From assembly GCA_040754655.1 (NCBI GenBank), contig JBFMCE010000054.1, positions 1-29,068 on the forward strand: a stretch of 29,068 nucleotides of DNA, given 5' to 3'. This DNA comes from Bdellovibrionota bacterium. GTDB taxonomy: Bacteria; Bdellovibrionota; UBA1018; UBA923. The notes beneath the pieces are model-generated. The model made no database searches. It saw only the letters and a program-made list of their open reading frames with translations, and was not told the origin of the DNA. Below are positions 1 through 8,313 of the stretch, one piece after another. Made by a program: the position numbers and the translations under genes. How positions within the stretch are numbered: position 1 is the first letter of the stretch; every line of letters starts with the position of its first letter.

Positions 1-263
1 AAAACAACCATCTCAGGTAAATAGCCGGAAACGATGAGTCGCTTCTCACTAAGAGAAATTGTAATTTCATTTCCGAAATCAGAATCTCCCTCAAGGTGTC
101 TGTAGCGTCCAATAAGTTTTTTGAGCCCGTTTTCGACATTCGCTTTTTGCACCACTTTACTTAAAGTTTTTTCACAAGCCTTATCGTTTGCATGCGCAAA
201 AGCGGGTGCGAAACACAAGAGCGCGACAACTGAAAAGAGGCTGACAAGCGTTTTGATTTTCAT
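1..263 (-). CDS. Secreted hypothetical protein, 3'-truncated by the window edge
   Basis: Not in the ORF track. Manual translation from ATG 263 gives MKIKTLVSLFSVVALLCFAPAFAHANDKACEKTLSK..., open to base 1, with a classic Sec signal peptide (AFAHA|N). Confidence 0.75.
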   Translation of the reverse strand, partial: MKIKTLVSLFSVVALLCFAPAFAHANDKACEKTLSKVVQKANVENGLKKLIGRYRHLEGDSDFGNEITISLSEKRLIVSGYLPEMVV

Positions 264-468
264 AGAGCGGCTCATTAACGTTATGCGTCAATAAAGTCAA
301 TGCATTTGCTCGTAACATTATTGGTTCGTGTAAATTATCGCGAACTGTCCGTGGTTCGATTCTAAAAGGACCATTAGACTTCAATAAACTTAATTACGGA
401 GACTCCAAAAACACTGCGGATAACGGTGTTAAAGCTGGACCTGCCATCATTAAGATACTCATCGCCGC

Positions 469-1524
469 TTACTCAAGGCTTGGGCCTATCGTTCGAAACG
501 TCGAGCCCGTGCTCAATATCCTACGCAGTGCTCCATCGTCGTCTTCATCTAAGATATCGCCGATGATTTCTTCTAAAATATCCTCCATGGTAACGATTCC
601 AGCCAAATTATTTCCAGCGTAGACGATACTCAAATGGCTGCGTTTTTCTTGCATCATCCGAAGTGCCTTTAGGAGAGGATCGCCTTCTCGTACTTGTACG
701 ACGGAACGAACGATGGATGTCCAATCCTCTCTACCAGCTGCGCGAAGTGACATGAATTCTTTGGTATTAATAATTCCTGCAAGTTTACCTTCGCTCAAAA
801 CAGGAAGCCTTGTATGCCCGGATGTAATAATTACTTTCTCTACCTCTAAAACAGATTGCTCGCCGTTGACCGCAGTCACTTGCTCCCAAGCGAGGGAAAC
901 ATCTTTGACTCGCTTTTTTTCTACGTTCACGAGATTAATGACGTATTGTCTTGCCTGTTGTGAGAGCTGATCGAGCTCAACTGTGTCAGGCTGAGTAAGC
1001 TGTGGATCAATCTTTGCTCTTTTGAAAAATACTTTAAGGAAAGTTTTGGTCGACCACTCTAAGCTTGAAATAACCGGAGCAAAAATGCGCTCAAAAAGAG
1101 TAAGCCATCTCGCTGATTTGAGTGCAATACCTACCGGATTTCGTAAAGCAAGAGTTTTGGGAACAAGTTCACCGATGACGACACTGAAATAGGTCAGCGG
1201 AATCACAATCAGTACGATCGACAAAAATTCTGCCGTATTTTCTTGTAAATCAAACCGCGCTTGAAGAATGGGGCTGATCGATTCCTCGGCTCCCGCACCG
1301 CCAACAGCAGCGGCTAGAGCTCCAACTAAAGTGATACCGATCTGAATGACTGACAGGGTCCGTTCTGGATTTTCCCTAAGCTTTAGGATTCTTTGAGCAT
1401 CGATATTTTTATTGCGACTAAGGTCCCGAAGTCGTGGTTTTGGGATGGTGACAAAGGCCATCTCAGCACCTGCAAGTAGGGCGTTCAACAAAAGACAAAC
1501 GATTATAACGATGATTTCTTCCAT
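469..1524 (-). CDS. CNNM/DUF21 + CBS-pair protein (CorB/TlyC 'hemolysin family' Mg2+/divalent cation transporter), no C-terminal CorC domain
   Basis: N-terminal TM helices with GAEMAF, LSVIQIGIT and GELVPK motifs; CBS pair with SGHTRLPV and GIVTMEDILEEIIG. Confidence 0.9.
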   Translation of the reverse strand: MEEIIVIIVCLLLNALLAGAEMAFVTIPKPRLRDLSRNKNIDAQRILKLRENPERTLSVIQIGITLVGALAAAVGGAGAEESISPILQARFDLQENTAEFLSIVLIVIPLTYFSVVIGELVPKTLALRNPVGIALKSARWLTLFERIFAPVISSLEWSTKTFLKVFFKRAKIDPQLTQPDTVELDQLSQQARQYVINLVNVEKKRVKDVSLAWEQVTAVNGEQSVLEVEKVIITSGHTRLPVLSEGKLAGIINTKEFMSLRAAGREDWTSIVRSVVQVREGDPLLKALRMMQEKRSHLSIVYAGNNLAGIVTMEDILEEIIGDILDEDDDGALRRILSTGSTFRTIGPSLE

Positions 1525-1535
1525 ATTTCAGAGCG

Positions 1536-1544
1536 ATCTTAGCA
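1536..1544 (-). promoter_or_regulatory. Extended -10 promoter candidate for the CNNM gene
   Basis: TGcTAAGAT on the minus strand, 11 nt before ATG 1524; no SD visible. Confidence 0.4.
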
Positions 1545-1571
1545 CTTCGTCGTAAATGGGGCGATCAGAGT

Positions 1572-1600
1572 TTGACCTTTCATTTTTCCTCCGGTAGCTT
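1572..1600 (+). promoter_or_regulatory. Sigma70-type promoter candidate for the metal efflux operon
   Basis: TTGACC (1572-1577), 17-nt spacer, TAGCTT (1595-1600), 10 nt before ATG 1611. Confidence 0.5.
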
Positions 1601-1610
1601 GACCCCTTGA

Positions 1611-2030
1611 ATGTTTAGGGGGATTTGTTCATTTATCATGATTGGCTTGGCGGCTATTACAATGGCTGCGAATTTCTCGGCTTTATTTGAGCTTCGAGAA
1701 ATAGGTACTGCTTTGCATCTCGCCTCTTTTTCAGAGCATTTAGACCACGATAGTGATGAACACGAAGCTGACCACGACCATCACCATAATGACACCGATG
1801 GGGCGACCCAACACTCCCATACGCACAAGCATTCACCCGACGGGGAAACCCACGAACATACCCATGTAGATCCTGGTTTTTTTGCAACCACGACAGGCTG
1901 GGTAGATGCGGCTCCAAATCAAATAGTGAAGGCTATAATCAATTGGTCCCAAAAGCTGCCGACAGCACTCAATGAGAAAATTCCAGCAAGCGCACTCGTT
2001 TTGCTCGTCTTTCGTCCGCCGATCGTTTGA
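1611..2030 (+). CDS. His-rich membrane/exported leader protein with C-terminal FRPPI motif (putative metal-sensing uORF)
   Basis: Hydrophobic N-terminus, 14 His in residues 43-85 (including HSHTHKH...HEHTH), ends LVFRPPIV; first gene of the RND operon. Confidence 0.8.
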   Translation: MFRGICSFIMIGLAAITMAANFSALFELREIGTALHLASFSEHLDHDSDEHEADHDHHHNDTDGATQHSHTHKHSPDGETHEHTHVDPGFFATTTGWVDAAPNQIVKAIINWSQKLPTALNEKIPASALVLLVFRPPIV

Positions 2031-2069
2031 ATCTCAACCCAAGCTCAAAATAAAAACCGACTATAATTA

Positions 2070-2110
2070 TCGTCCTTTTTGGGACCAAGGGTCTCAAAAA
2101 GTGAGGATGG
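2070..2110 (+). promoter_or_regulatory. Hairpin sequestering the RND gene Shine-Dalgarno
   Basis: TTTTTGGGACC (2076-2086) pairs with GGTCTCAAAAA (2090-2100); CGTCC (2071-2075) pairs with GGATG (2105-2109), overlapping SD GAGGA (2103-2107) of ATG 2116. Confidence 0.6.
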
Positions 2111-2115
2111 ACTAG

Positions 2116-5100
2116 ATGCTAAATGCGATCATTCGTTTCTCGTTAAAAAACAGGCTTACGGTACTGCTCATTGCCATCGCGATGATGGTCTATGGTGGTT
2201 GGATCACAACGAACCTACCGGTTGATGTGTTTCCTGATCTCAACCGCCCGACAGTCTCCGTTTTGACCGAAGCCCATGGACTTGCTCCCGAAGAAGTAGA
2301 GACGCTAGTTACCCTGCCGATTGAATCGGTACTGAATGGTACGCCCGGAGTGATTCGTGTGCGCTCATCGAGCGGCATTGGCATCTCGATCATCTATGTC
2401 GAATTCGATTGGGGCACGGATATCTTCAGGAATCGCCAGTTTGTATCTGAGCGTTTGCAGCTGGTGAAAGAAAGACTTCCTGAAGGAATGACTCCGGTGA
2501 TGGGACCGATCAGCTCGATCATGGGAGAAATTCAGTTCGCAGGATTAACAAGCCCAGATGGCAGTGTTTCTCCAATGGATCTACGTTCGGTTGCTGACTG
2601 GACTGTAAGGCCAAGGCTCATGACGATTCCAGGCATTAGCCAAGTTGTTGTGATGGGTGGCCAGGTGAAGCAGTATCAGATTCTTGTTTCCAGCGACAAA
2701 CTTCAACGTCGCGGCATTTCATTAGAAGACTTAAAGCACGCTCTTGCAGAAATCAGCGAGAACACAACTGGTGGTTTTATTGATTTAGATGAAAAAGAGT
2801 ATCTCATTCGTCCTTTGGGTCGCGTTGAATCTATAGAGCAAATTGAAAATTCTTCAGTTGGTCTGCATCTAGGTAGACCTGTGCTTGTCAAAGACGTTGC
2901 TGAAGTTCGCGTTGGTCCGAAAACAAAGCGTGGTGAGGCTTCAATCAACGGCAAACACTCAGTCGTCATGACGATTCAAAAGCAACCAGGTGCCAGCACG
3001 ATTGAGTTGACTCGAAAAATCGATGCCATGCTCGTTGAGCTCCAAAAGACGCTTCCAAAAGGAATGAAAATCGAAGGCGATCTATTTAAGCAATCGCGTT
3101 TCATCGAGGCTTCAATTTTAAACGTCGAGCACGCTCTGCGCGATGGCGCGATCATGGTAGCGATCATTTTATTCTTGTTTCTAATGAATGCCAGAACAAC
3201 AGCAATCACTTTGATCACGATCCCGCTGTCTCTTTTGGTCACGGCGATCATTTTCAAATTCATGGGTTTAAGCATCAATACAATGACTCTAGGCGGGCTT
3301 GCCGTTGCCATTGGCGAACTCGTGGATGACGCAATCGTTGATGTTGAGAACGTATTTCGGAGACTGCGGGAAAACAGATCATCCCCACAGCCAAAATCCG
3401 CGCTTCGAGTCGTCTTTGACGCTTCTTCCGAGGTAAGAAACTCGATCGTATTTTCAACGATCATCGTAATTTTGGTCTTTATTCCCTTGTTCGCACTGGG
3501 TGGAATCGAGGGGAGGCTTTTTGCACCTCTCGGCGTCGCTTATATCATTTCTCTCACGGCCTCGCTCATCGTATCGCTCACGATTACCCCAATTCTTTGC
3601 TCCTATCTTCTGCCGAACTCCAAAGCGACACAGCATCGCGAGGATGGGCCGTTTGTTCGATACTTAAAAAATCTCGATCAAAAAATCCTCGTAAAGACCA
3701 TCAAACGTCCTTATGAGGTTTTGGCTGGCTGCGCGGTTCTGCTTTTGGGAGCACTTCTTCTTTTGCCTCTCATGGGCAGTAACTTCTTGCCTGCTTTCAA
3801 TGAAGGAACGGCAACTATTGGCGTTGCGGCTGCACCTGGAATTTCTTTGGCCGCGTCAGATGAGCTTGGGACAAAAATCGAGGAAGCCATGCTTTCGATC
3901 CCTGAAGTCAAGTCCACGATAAGAAGGACCGGACGCGCCGAAATGGATGAACACGCCGAAGGCGTGCATTGGAGCGAGATCGATGTAGATTTTAAGGAAG
4001 CGGGAAGGCCTCGGCCGATTGTTCTCCAAGAACTGCGCGATAAGGTGGAGAAAGTAGGCGACGTTTACGTCAACATCGGTCAGCCCATCAGCCATAGGCT
4101 AGATCATCTTCTCTCAGGTGTCCGCGCGCAGATCGCGGTTAAAATATTTGGTCCTGAATTGACTGAACTTCGAAGGCTCGGCGGGCAAATCGAAGGCATC
4201 CTAAAAGAAATCCCGGGAATAGTTGACCTTCAGCTCGAGCCCTTGGTTTTGATCCCGCAGTTGAAACTTGCCATTGATCGCGATGAAACAAGTAAATTCG
4301 GCATTCGTCCCGGTACCCTCGCCGAAGATATCGAGATGGCGCTGAACGGGGTGGCTGTGGGGTCCGTTCTCGACAATCAGAAAATTTACGACATTTTCAT
4401 GCGCCTTGACGATCGGTCCCGGGCAACTCCTGAAACGATCGGATCGATCCTCGTCAAAACGCTTCCTACCGGCAATGTAATTCGCATAGATGATGTCGCT
4501 CAGGTCTACAAAGGCACGGGACCCAATATGGTTAATCGCGAAGACATGCAAAGACGAATCGTGGTCTCGGCCAACTCGCAAGGCCGAGACTTAGGAAGCT
4601 TGATTGCCGAAATCCGTTCAAAAATCGCCGAAAAAGTGAAGTTTCCGACAGGATATTTTGTGTCCTACGGCGGCCAGTTTGAAAGTCAGCAGAAAGCTTC
4701 AAGGCTTCTCCTTTTTCTGGGAGTTCTGTCGCTGCTAGGAATTTTTCTAGTGCTCTATGTGCACTTTCGATCAATCGCGCTCACTCTTCAGATCATGTTA
4801 AATGTGCCACTCGCCTTGATCGGAAGCATCATCGCCATTTTCTTGACCGAGCGAGTGTTATCCGTTGCTACTCTGATCGCATTCATCACGCTCTGTGGGA
4901 TCGCCAGCAGGAATGGAATCATGATGATCAGCCACTATATCCATCTCATGAAAGAAGAAGGTGAGGCATTTAGCGAACACATGATTATTCGGGGTTCGCT
5001 TGAAAGGCTGGTACCAGTTCTAATGACTGCTTTTTCGGCGGCCCTTGCGCTTGTGCCCCTTTTGCTCTCTAAAGGCGAGCCAGGAAAAGAAATCTTATAT

Positions 5101-5262
5101 CCTGTAGCGGTCGTGATCGTGGGTGGGCTTTTTTCCTCTACTCTTCTAGACATCATTGTGACTCCCGCAGTCTTCTACCGCTTTGGGCGCAGACCCGTCG
5201 AAAAACTTATTCGATTCCAAAAACAAAAAAACGAAACTCTCATGAAAGGAGACGACCTATGA
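2116..5262 (+). CDS. czcA: CzcA/CusA-family heavy-metal efflux RND transporter permease
   Basis: 1048 aa; LPVDVFPDL N-terminus, TM4 GELVDDAIVDVEN proton-relay motif, GRAEMDEHAEG, QPISHRLDH, ERLVPVLMTA. Metal specificity not determinable. Confidence 0.93.
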   Translation: MLNAIIRFSLKNRLTVLLIAIAMMVYGGWITTNLPVDVFPDLNRPTVSVLTEAHGLAPEEVETLVTLPIESVLNGTPGVIRVRSSSGIGISIIYVEFDWGTDIFRNRQFVSERLQLVKERLPEGMTPVMGPISSIMGEIQFAGLTSPDGSVSPMDLRSVADWTVRPRLMTIPGISQVVVMGGQVKQYQILVSSDKLQRRGISLEDLKHALAEISENTTGGFIDLDEKEYLIRPLGRVESIEQIENSSVGLHLGRPVLVKDVAEVRVGPKTKRGEASINGKHSVVMTIQKQPGASTIELTRKIDAMLVELQKTLPKGMKIEGDLFKQSRFIEASILNVEHALRDGAIMVAIILFLFLMNARTTAITLITIPLSLLVTAIIFKFMGLSINTMTLGGLAVAIGELVDDAIVDVENVFRRLRENRSSPQPKSALRVVFDASSEVRNSIVFSTIIVILVFIPLFALGGIEGRLFAPLGVAYIISLTASLIVSLTITPILCSYLLPNSKATQHREDGPFVRYLKNLDQKILVKTIKRPYEVLAGCAVLLLGALLLLPLMGSNFLPAFNEGTATIGVAAAPGISLAASDELGTKIEEAMLSIPEVKSTIRRTGRAEMDEHAEGVHWSEIDVDFKEAGRPRPIVLQELRDKVEKVGDVYVNIGQPISHRLDHLLSGVRAQIAVKIFGPELTELRRLGGQIEGILKEIPGIVDLQLEPLVLIPQLKLAIDRDETSKFGIRPGTLAEDIEMALNGVAVGSVLDNQKIYDIFMRLDDRSRATPETIGSILVKTLPTGNVIRIDDVAQVYKGTGPNMVNREDMQRRIVVSANSQGRDLGSLIAEIRSKIAEKVKFPTGYFVSYGGQFESQQKASRLLLFLGVLSLLGIFLVLYVHFRSIALTLQIMLNVPLALIGSIIAIFLTERVLSVATLIAFITLCGIASRNGIMMISHYIHLMKEEGEAFSEHMIIRGSLERLVPVLMTAFSAALALVPLLLSKGEPGKEILYPVAVVIVGGLFSSTLLDIIVTPAVFYRFGRRPVEKLIRFQKQKNETLMKGDDL

Positions 5263-5771
5263 CGAAATACGCTGTTTTCTTGAGTCTGATTTTTTCCTCT
5301 TTTGCTTTTGCCCATGATGAAGGGCATGGACCGAAACTTACGGGCGTAGGAGACGAGGGTGGAATGCTATATAGTGTTATTGAAAAGAATCCAAAAAAGG
5401 TCGCCAAAAAGGGCGCGGAAAAGCACTCGGATAAGCCATCCTTAGTTTACCAAGCAGAACTTGTCAGGGAAAAAGACGAGCAAGGGAATCCAAAAATCAA
5501 AGTGTATTTATATGAAGCTGAGATGGTAGACGGCAAATTAAAACGCCTTGAAGCGGAGCAAATGCCTGATGGGGCACACGGCATCGTAGAAGTGATGAAA
5601 GATCTGAAAAAGAAGAAGTGGGTTAAGGAATCCGAATTTAAATTGGCAAAAAATGAGAAATTTCTTGAAGGCAAACCGAAATCTCCGTCAAAAAAACCAT
5701 TCAATATCGATGTTACTATGAAGGAAAAAAGTGGAAGAGAGCTTCTAGTAGCGTTTGACGGCTTAGAATAA
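5259..5771 (+). CDS. Periplasmic hypothetical protein with mature N-terminus HDEGHG (putative metal-binding accessory)
   Basis: ATGA overlap with the RND stop; signal peptide ...FAFA|HDEGHGPK; Lys-rich. Confidence 0.8.
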   Translation: MTKYAVFLSLIFSSFAFAHDEGHGPKLTGVGDEGGMLYSVIEKNPKKVAKKGAEKHSDKPSLVYQAELVREKDEQGNPKIKVYLYEAEMVDGKLKRLEAEQMPDGAHGIVEVMKDLKKKKWVKESEFKLAKNEKFLEGKPKSPSKKPFNIDVTMKEKSGRELLVAFDGLE

Positions 5772-5798
5772 ATAACAATACGCACAAGGTGGCCTGTA

Positions 5799-7064
5799 AT
5801 GCGTGGTTTGATTGCTCGATCTATTGTTGCTATCGCTGTGTTGACGGTTCCCTGTTTGGGTTTTGCCGCGAAGACGGTCAATTTAACCTATGACGATCTT
5901 GCGAAACTTGTTCAAGAGAACAACAAGACGGTCACGGGAACAAAGCGATTTACTGAAGCAGCTGAAACAAGAACGGGCCACCTTGTGCGCTCCTACCTTC
6001 CCACCCTAAGAGCTGAAGCCGGAGGTGAGGCTTTTCAAACCGGTGCTTACAAGCAACAAACCGAGCCCTATGGCGGTGCAGAAGCAAGAATTAATCTCTT
6101 CCGTGGCGGTCGAGACGCTCTTGAGGAAGATGCTAGGCAAGCTCAGGTTCAAGCATCCAATGCCAATGAAAAAAGAACTTATCTTTCGGAGCTCAATCAA
6201 GCTCGCGACGTTTATTGGTCTTTGGTTTTCACAAAAGAGATGATCAACATCTTAAATGATGCCGTAGAACAAAATGAAAAAGCACTTTCCATGGCCAATC
6301 GCAGGATCCAAAGAGGATTAGGCACTGAAACAGATAGGCTTGAGTTCGAAATCTACCGCTCGCAGCTCAAAGAAGAGATTGAAAGCCTCGAGCATGAAAC
6401 AAAACTCATCGAGATTCGCCTTGCCGCCATTGTCGGACTAGATACCGATACGAGGTTTAAAACGCCTGTAAAAATCGAACACGAACACGATGATCCCCTG
6501 ATTCAAGAAGCTTATAGCCCGGCTTCTCATCCTGAGGTCGTAAGTCTTAAGGCAAGTTCAGAAAGTTTTTACGCGCAAAAAAGCGCATCCAATAGATGGT
6601 GGGCTCCGTCTGTTGATATCTATGCGGGTTACTATCTTTACACGCTCAGAGATCGAGACTACCTCGCCAGGCGGCTTCGTGACGACACGGTTGCGGGCGT
6701 AAGATTCACCTTTGAGCTCTTTGATGGCCTAAGGTCAGCGTCTGATGCTTCAGCATTTTCACTTCAAGCGCAAGGTTATGAAGAGCAAGCCGATCAGAGG
6801 ATAAAAAACGCAGACGCGCACGTGCAAGTGGCTAAAGAAGATTTGAAACACGATCACGAACTTATCCACAATGCTGAAGAACGCATTGTTCAAGGGAAGA
6901 AATACTTAGCTCGCACACTCGATGAGTACAACCGCGGGGTGAAGAACTCGATCGATGTTTTGGGAGCAGCACAAAAGTATCAGTCGTTTTTACGTCAGTA
7001 CGCCGAACGCAGAAGAGACTACAAAATCACCAAAGATGGGCTGCTGGCTTTAATGGGGAAATAG
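5799..7064 (+). CDS. TolC/OEP-family outer membrane efflux protein
   Basis: Signal peptide; two OEP repeats (YLPTLRAEAG...INLFRGG; WAPSVDIYAG...FELFDG) with long helices and the YNRG...DVLGA motif. Confidence 0.88.
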   Translation: MRGLIARSIVAIAVLTVPCLGFAAKTVNLTYDDLAKLVQENNKTVTGTKRFTEAAETRTGHLVRSYLPTLRAEAGGEAFQTGAYKQQTEPYGGAEARINLFRGGRDALEEDARQAQVQASNANEKRTYLSELNQARDVYWSLVFTKEMINILNDAVEQNEKALSMANRRIQRGLGTETDRLEFEIYRSQLKEEIESLEHETKLIEIRLAAIVGLDTDTRFKTPVKIEHEHDDPLIQEAYSPASHPEVVSLKASSESFYAQKSASNRWWAPSVDIYAGYYLYTLRDRDYLARRLRDDTVAGVRFTFELFDGLRSASDASAFSLQAQGYEEQADQRIKNADAHVQVAKEDLKHDHELIHNAEERIVQGKKYLARTLDEYNRGVKNSIDVLGAAQKYQSFLRQYAERRRDYKITKDGLLALMGK

Positions 7065-7090
7065 TTTTTTAGAGGGGGAGTAAAAGGGGT

Positions 7091-8305
7091 ATGAAAAATT
7101 TAATACTGATCGCTTTAATCGCTTTGCTAAGCGTAGGCTGCAGCAACGACGACGATGCTATGGCTGAGAAAGCTAGGCTCGAGGGACGAGAAGCAGCGAA
7201 AACTCAGGTTGACGCCGAAAACGAAAATCTAGCTAAACGTGCAAAGGCCATGGAAGACGATTTAAGCTCAAGGCAGCGCTTCTACCAGGCTGTAAGCGGC
7301 ATCTATGAGGGAAAAATGCGAGATGCTAGAAACGCTGAGTGGAACGTGCGCTTAACCTTAGTATCCACTTTGCCCGTCTATCAACCCAATCGCACCAGAA
7401 CTCCTGCTGAGATTGAAGCAGACATCAATAATCTCTATCTGAATGTGCAAACGCTTCAGTGGAACAGATCGCAATCAAGCGCATCTGGTTGTGCATTTGA
7501 GAAAATACGTCCTGACCTCAAAACTGGACGTATCGAACTTGTAGCTCCTAACTGTCCGAACTCTTATTCCATCGATCTTTCTGAAGAAAGCCATATGGAA
7601 TCAAATATGGAAATGGCACAAGCACTGCAAATCAGCTCAAACTTAACGGCTTCTCTTCTTTCAGGTCAGAAAGGCTCGATTGGCGCTCTCGCAGGCTATC
7701 GGCATTCAGCCCGAAGGTCATCGACCTATTCTTTTTTTGCGACGAGGGCTACTGGTGGAAGACTAGTTCCTGAAAACCCAGGATCAGCAGTGGATGAAGA
7801 TGTCGCGATCCGAGTGCAAGAAATGGAAGCAGACCTAGCGAAGAGGCATGCCTTCTATTCTGCTGCCGCCGGAACGTATGAAGGAAGTTTCAAGATTTCC
7901 TCTACGGATTACAAAATTCGACTCACGTTTGTACCAAGCCTGCCTCCCTACACGGCTAATCGAATTCGCACGATCGAAGAAGTAACCTCTGATCTCACCA
8001 ATCTTTATTTCAACGTGCAGGTCGTTCAATGGAACCCCAAGAACAATCTGAGCTCTGTGGGCTGTAGGATTCAGTCCGTAAGGCCTGATCTCGTCAATGG
8101 GAAGATCAACATCGCTTCGGAGTCTTGCCCGAATTTCTTCGCGCTTGAGCTTTTTGATGGAAGAAATCCACAGATAAAGTCACAGACCATCGCTGCCGAG
8201 ATTCGTAAAGGTGACGCAAAGGAAGCTCAAGGAGTGCGAGGTGAAATTCGACCTACCACGAATGCTTCGATTTTCTCATTCACCGCTACGAGAACCGGAA
8301 ATTGA
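7091..8305 (+). CDS. Lipoprotein of unknown function with two tandem homologous domains
   Basis: SD AAAAGGGG; lipobox LSVG-C17; internal duplication of residues ~48-220 and ~239-401. Confidence 0.85.
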   Translation: MKNLILIALIALLSVGCSNDDDAMAEKARLEGREAAKTQVDAENENLAKRAKAMEDDLSSRQRFYQAVSGIYEGKMRDARNAEWNVRLTLVSTLPVYQPNRTRTPAEIEADINNLYLNVQTLQWNRSQSSASGCAFEKIRPDLKTGRIELVAPNCPNSYSIDLSEESHMESNMEMAQALQISSNLTASLLSGQKGSIGALAGYRHSARRSSTYSFFATRATGGRLVPENPGSAVDEDVAIRVQEMEADLAKRHAFYSAAAGTYEGSFKISSTDYKIRLTFVPSLPPYTANRIRTIEEVTSDLTNLYFNVQVVQWNPKNNLSSVGCRIQSVRPDLVNGKINIASESCPNFFALELFDGRNPQIKSQTIAAEIRKGDAKEAQGVRGEIRPTTNASIFSFTATRTGN

Positions 8306-8313
8306 GGTGGCAG

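Noticed and set aside
349..370. GGTTCGATTC resembling a tRNA T-loop (also GGTTCGAA near 9632)
   Set aside because: No 5-bp T-stem, cloverleaf or CCA end.
181..384. 67-aa minus-strand ORF from the track
   Set aside because: Overlaps, in another frame, a more convincing signal-peptide gene starting at 263.
435..468. GGCGATG...TAATGA on the minus strand resembling a fluoride riboswitch
   Set aside because: Required pairing segments are absent and it lies downstream of the CNNM gene.
1546..1556. TTCGTCGTAAA shared with 24010-24020, both intergenic
   Set aside because: A single 11-mer match is expected by chance, and the downstream genes are unrelated.
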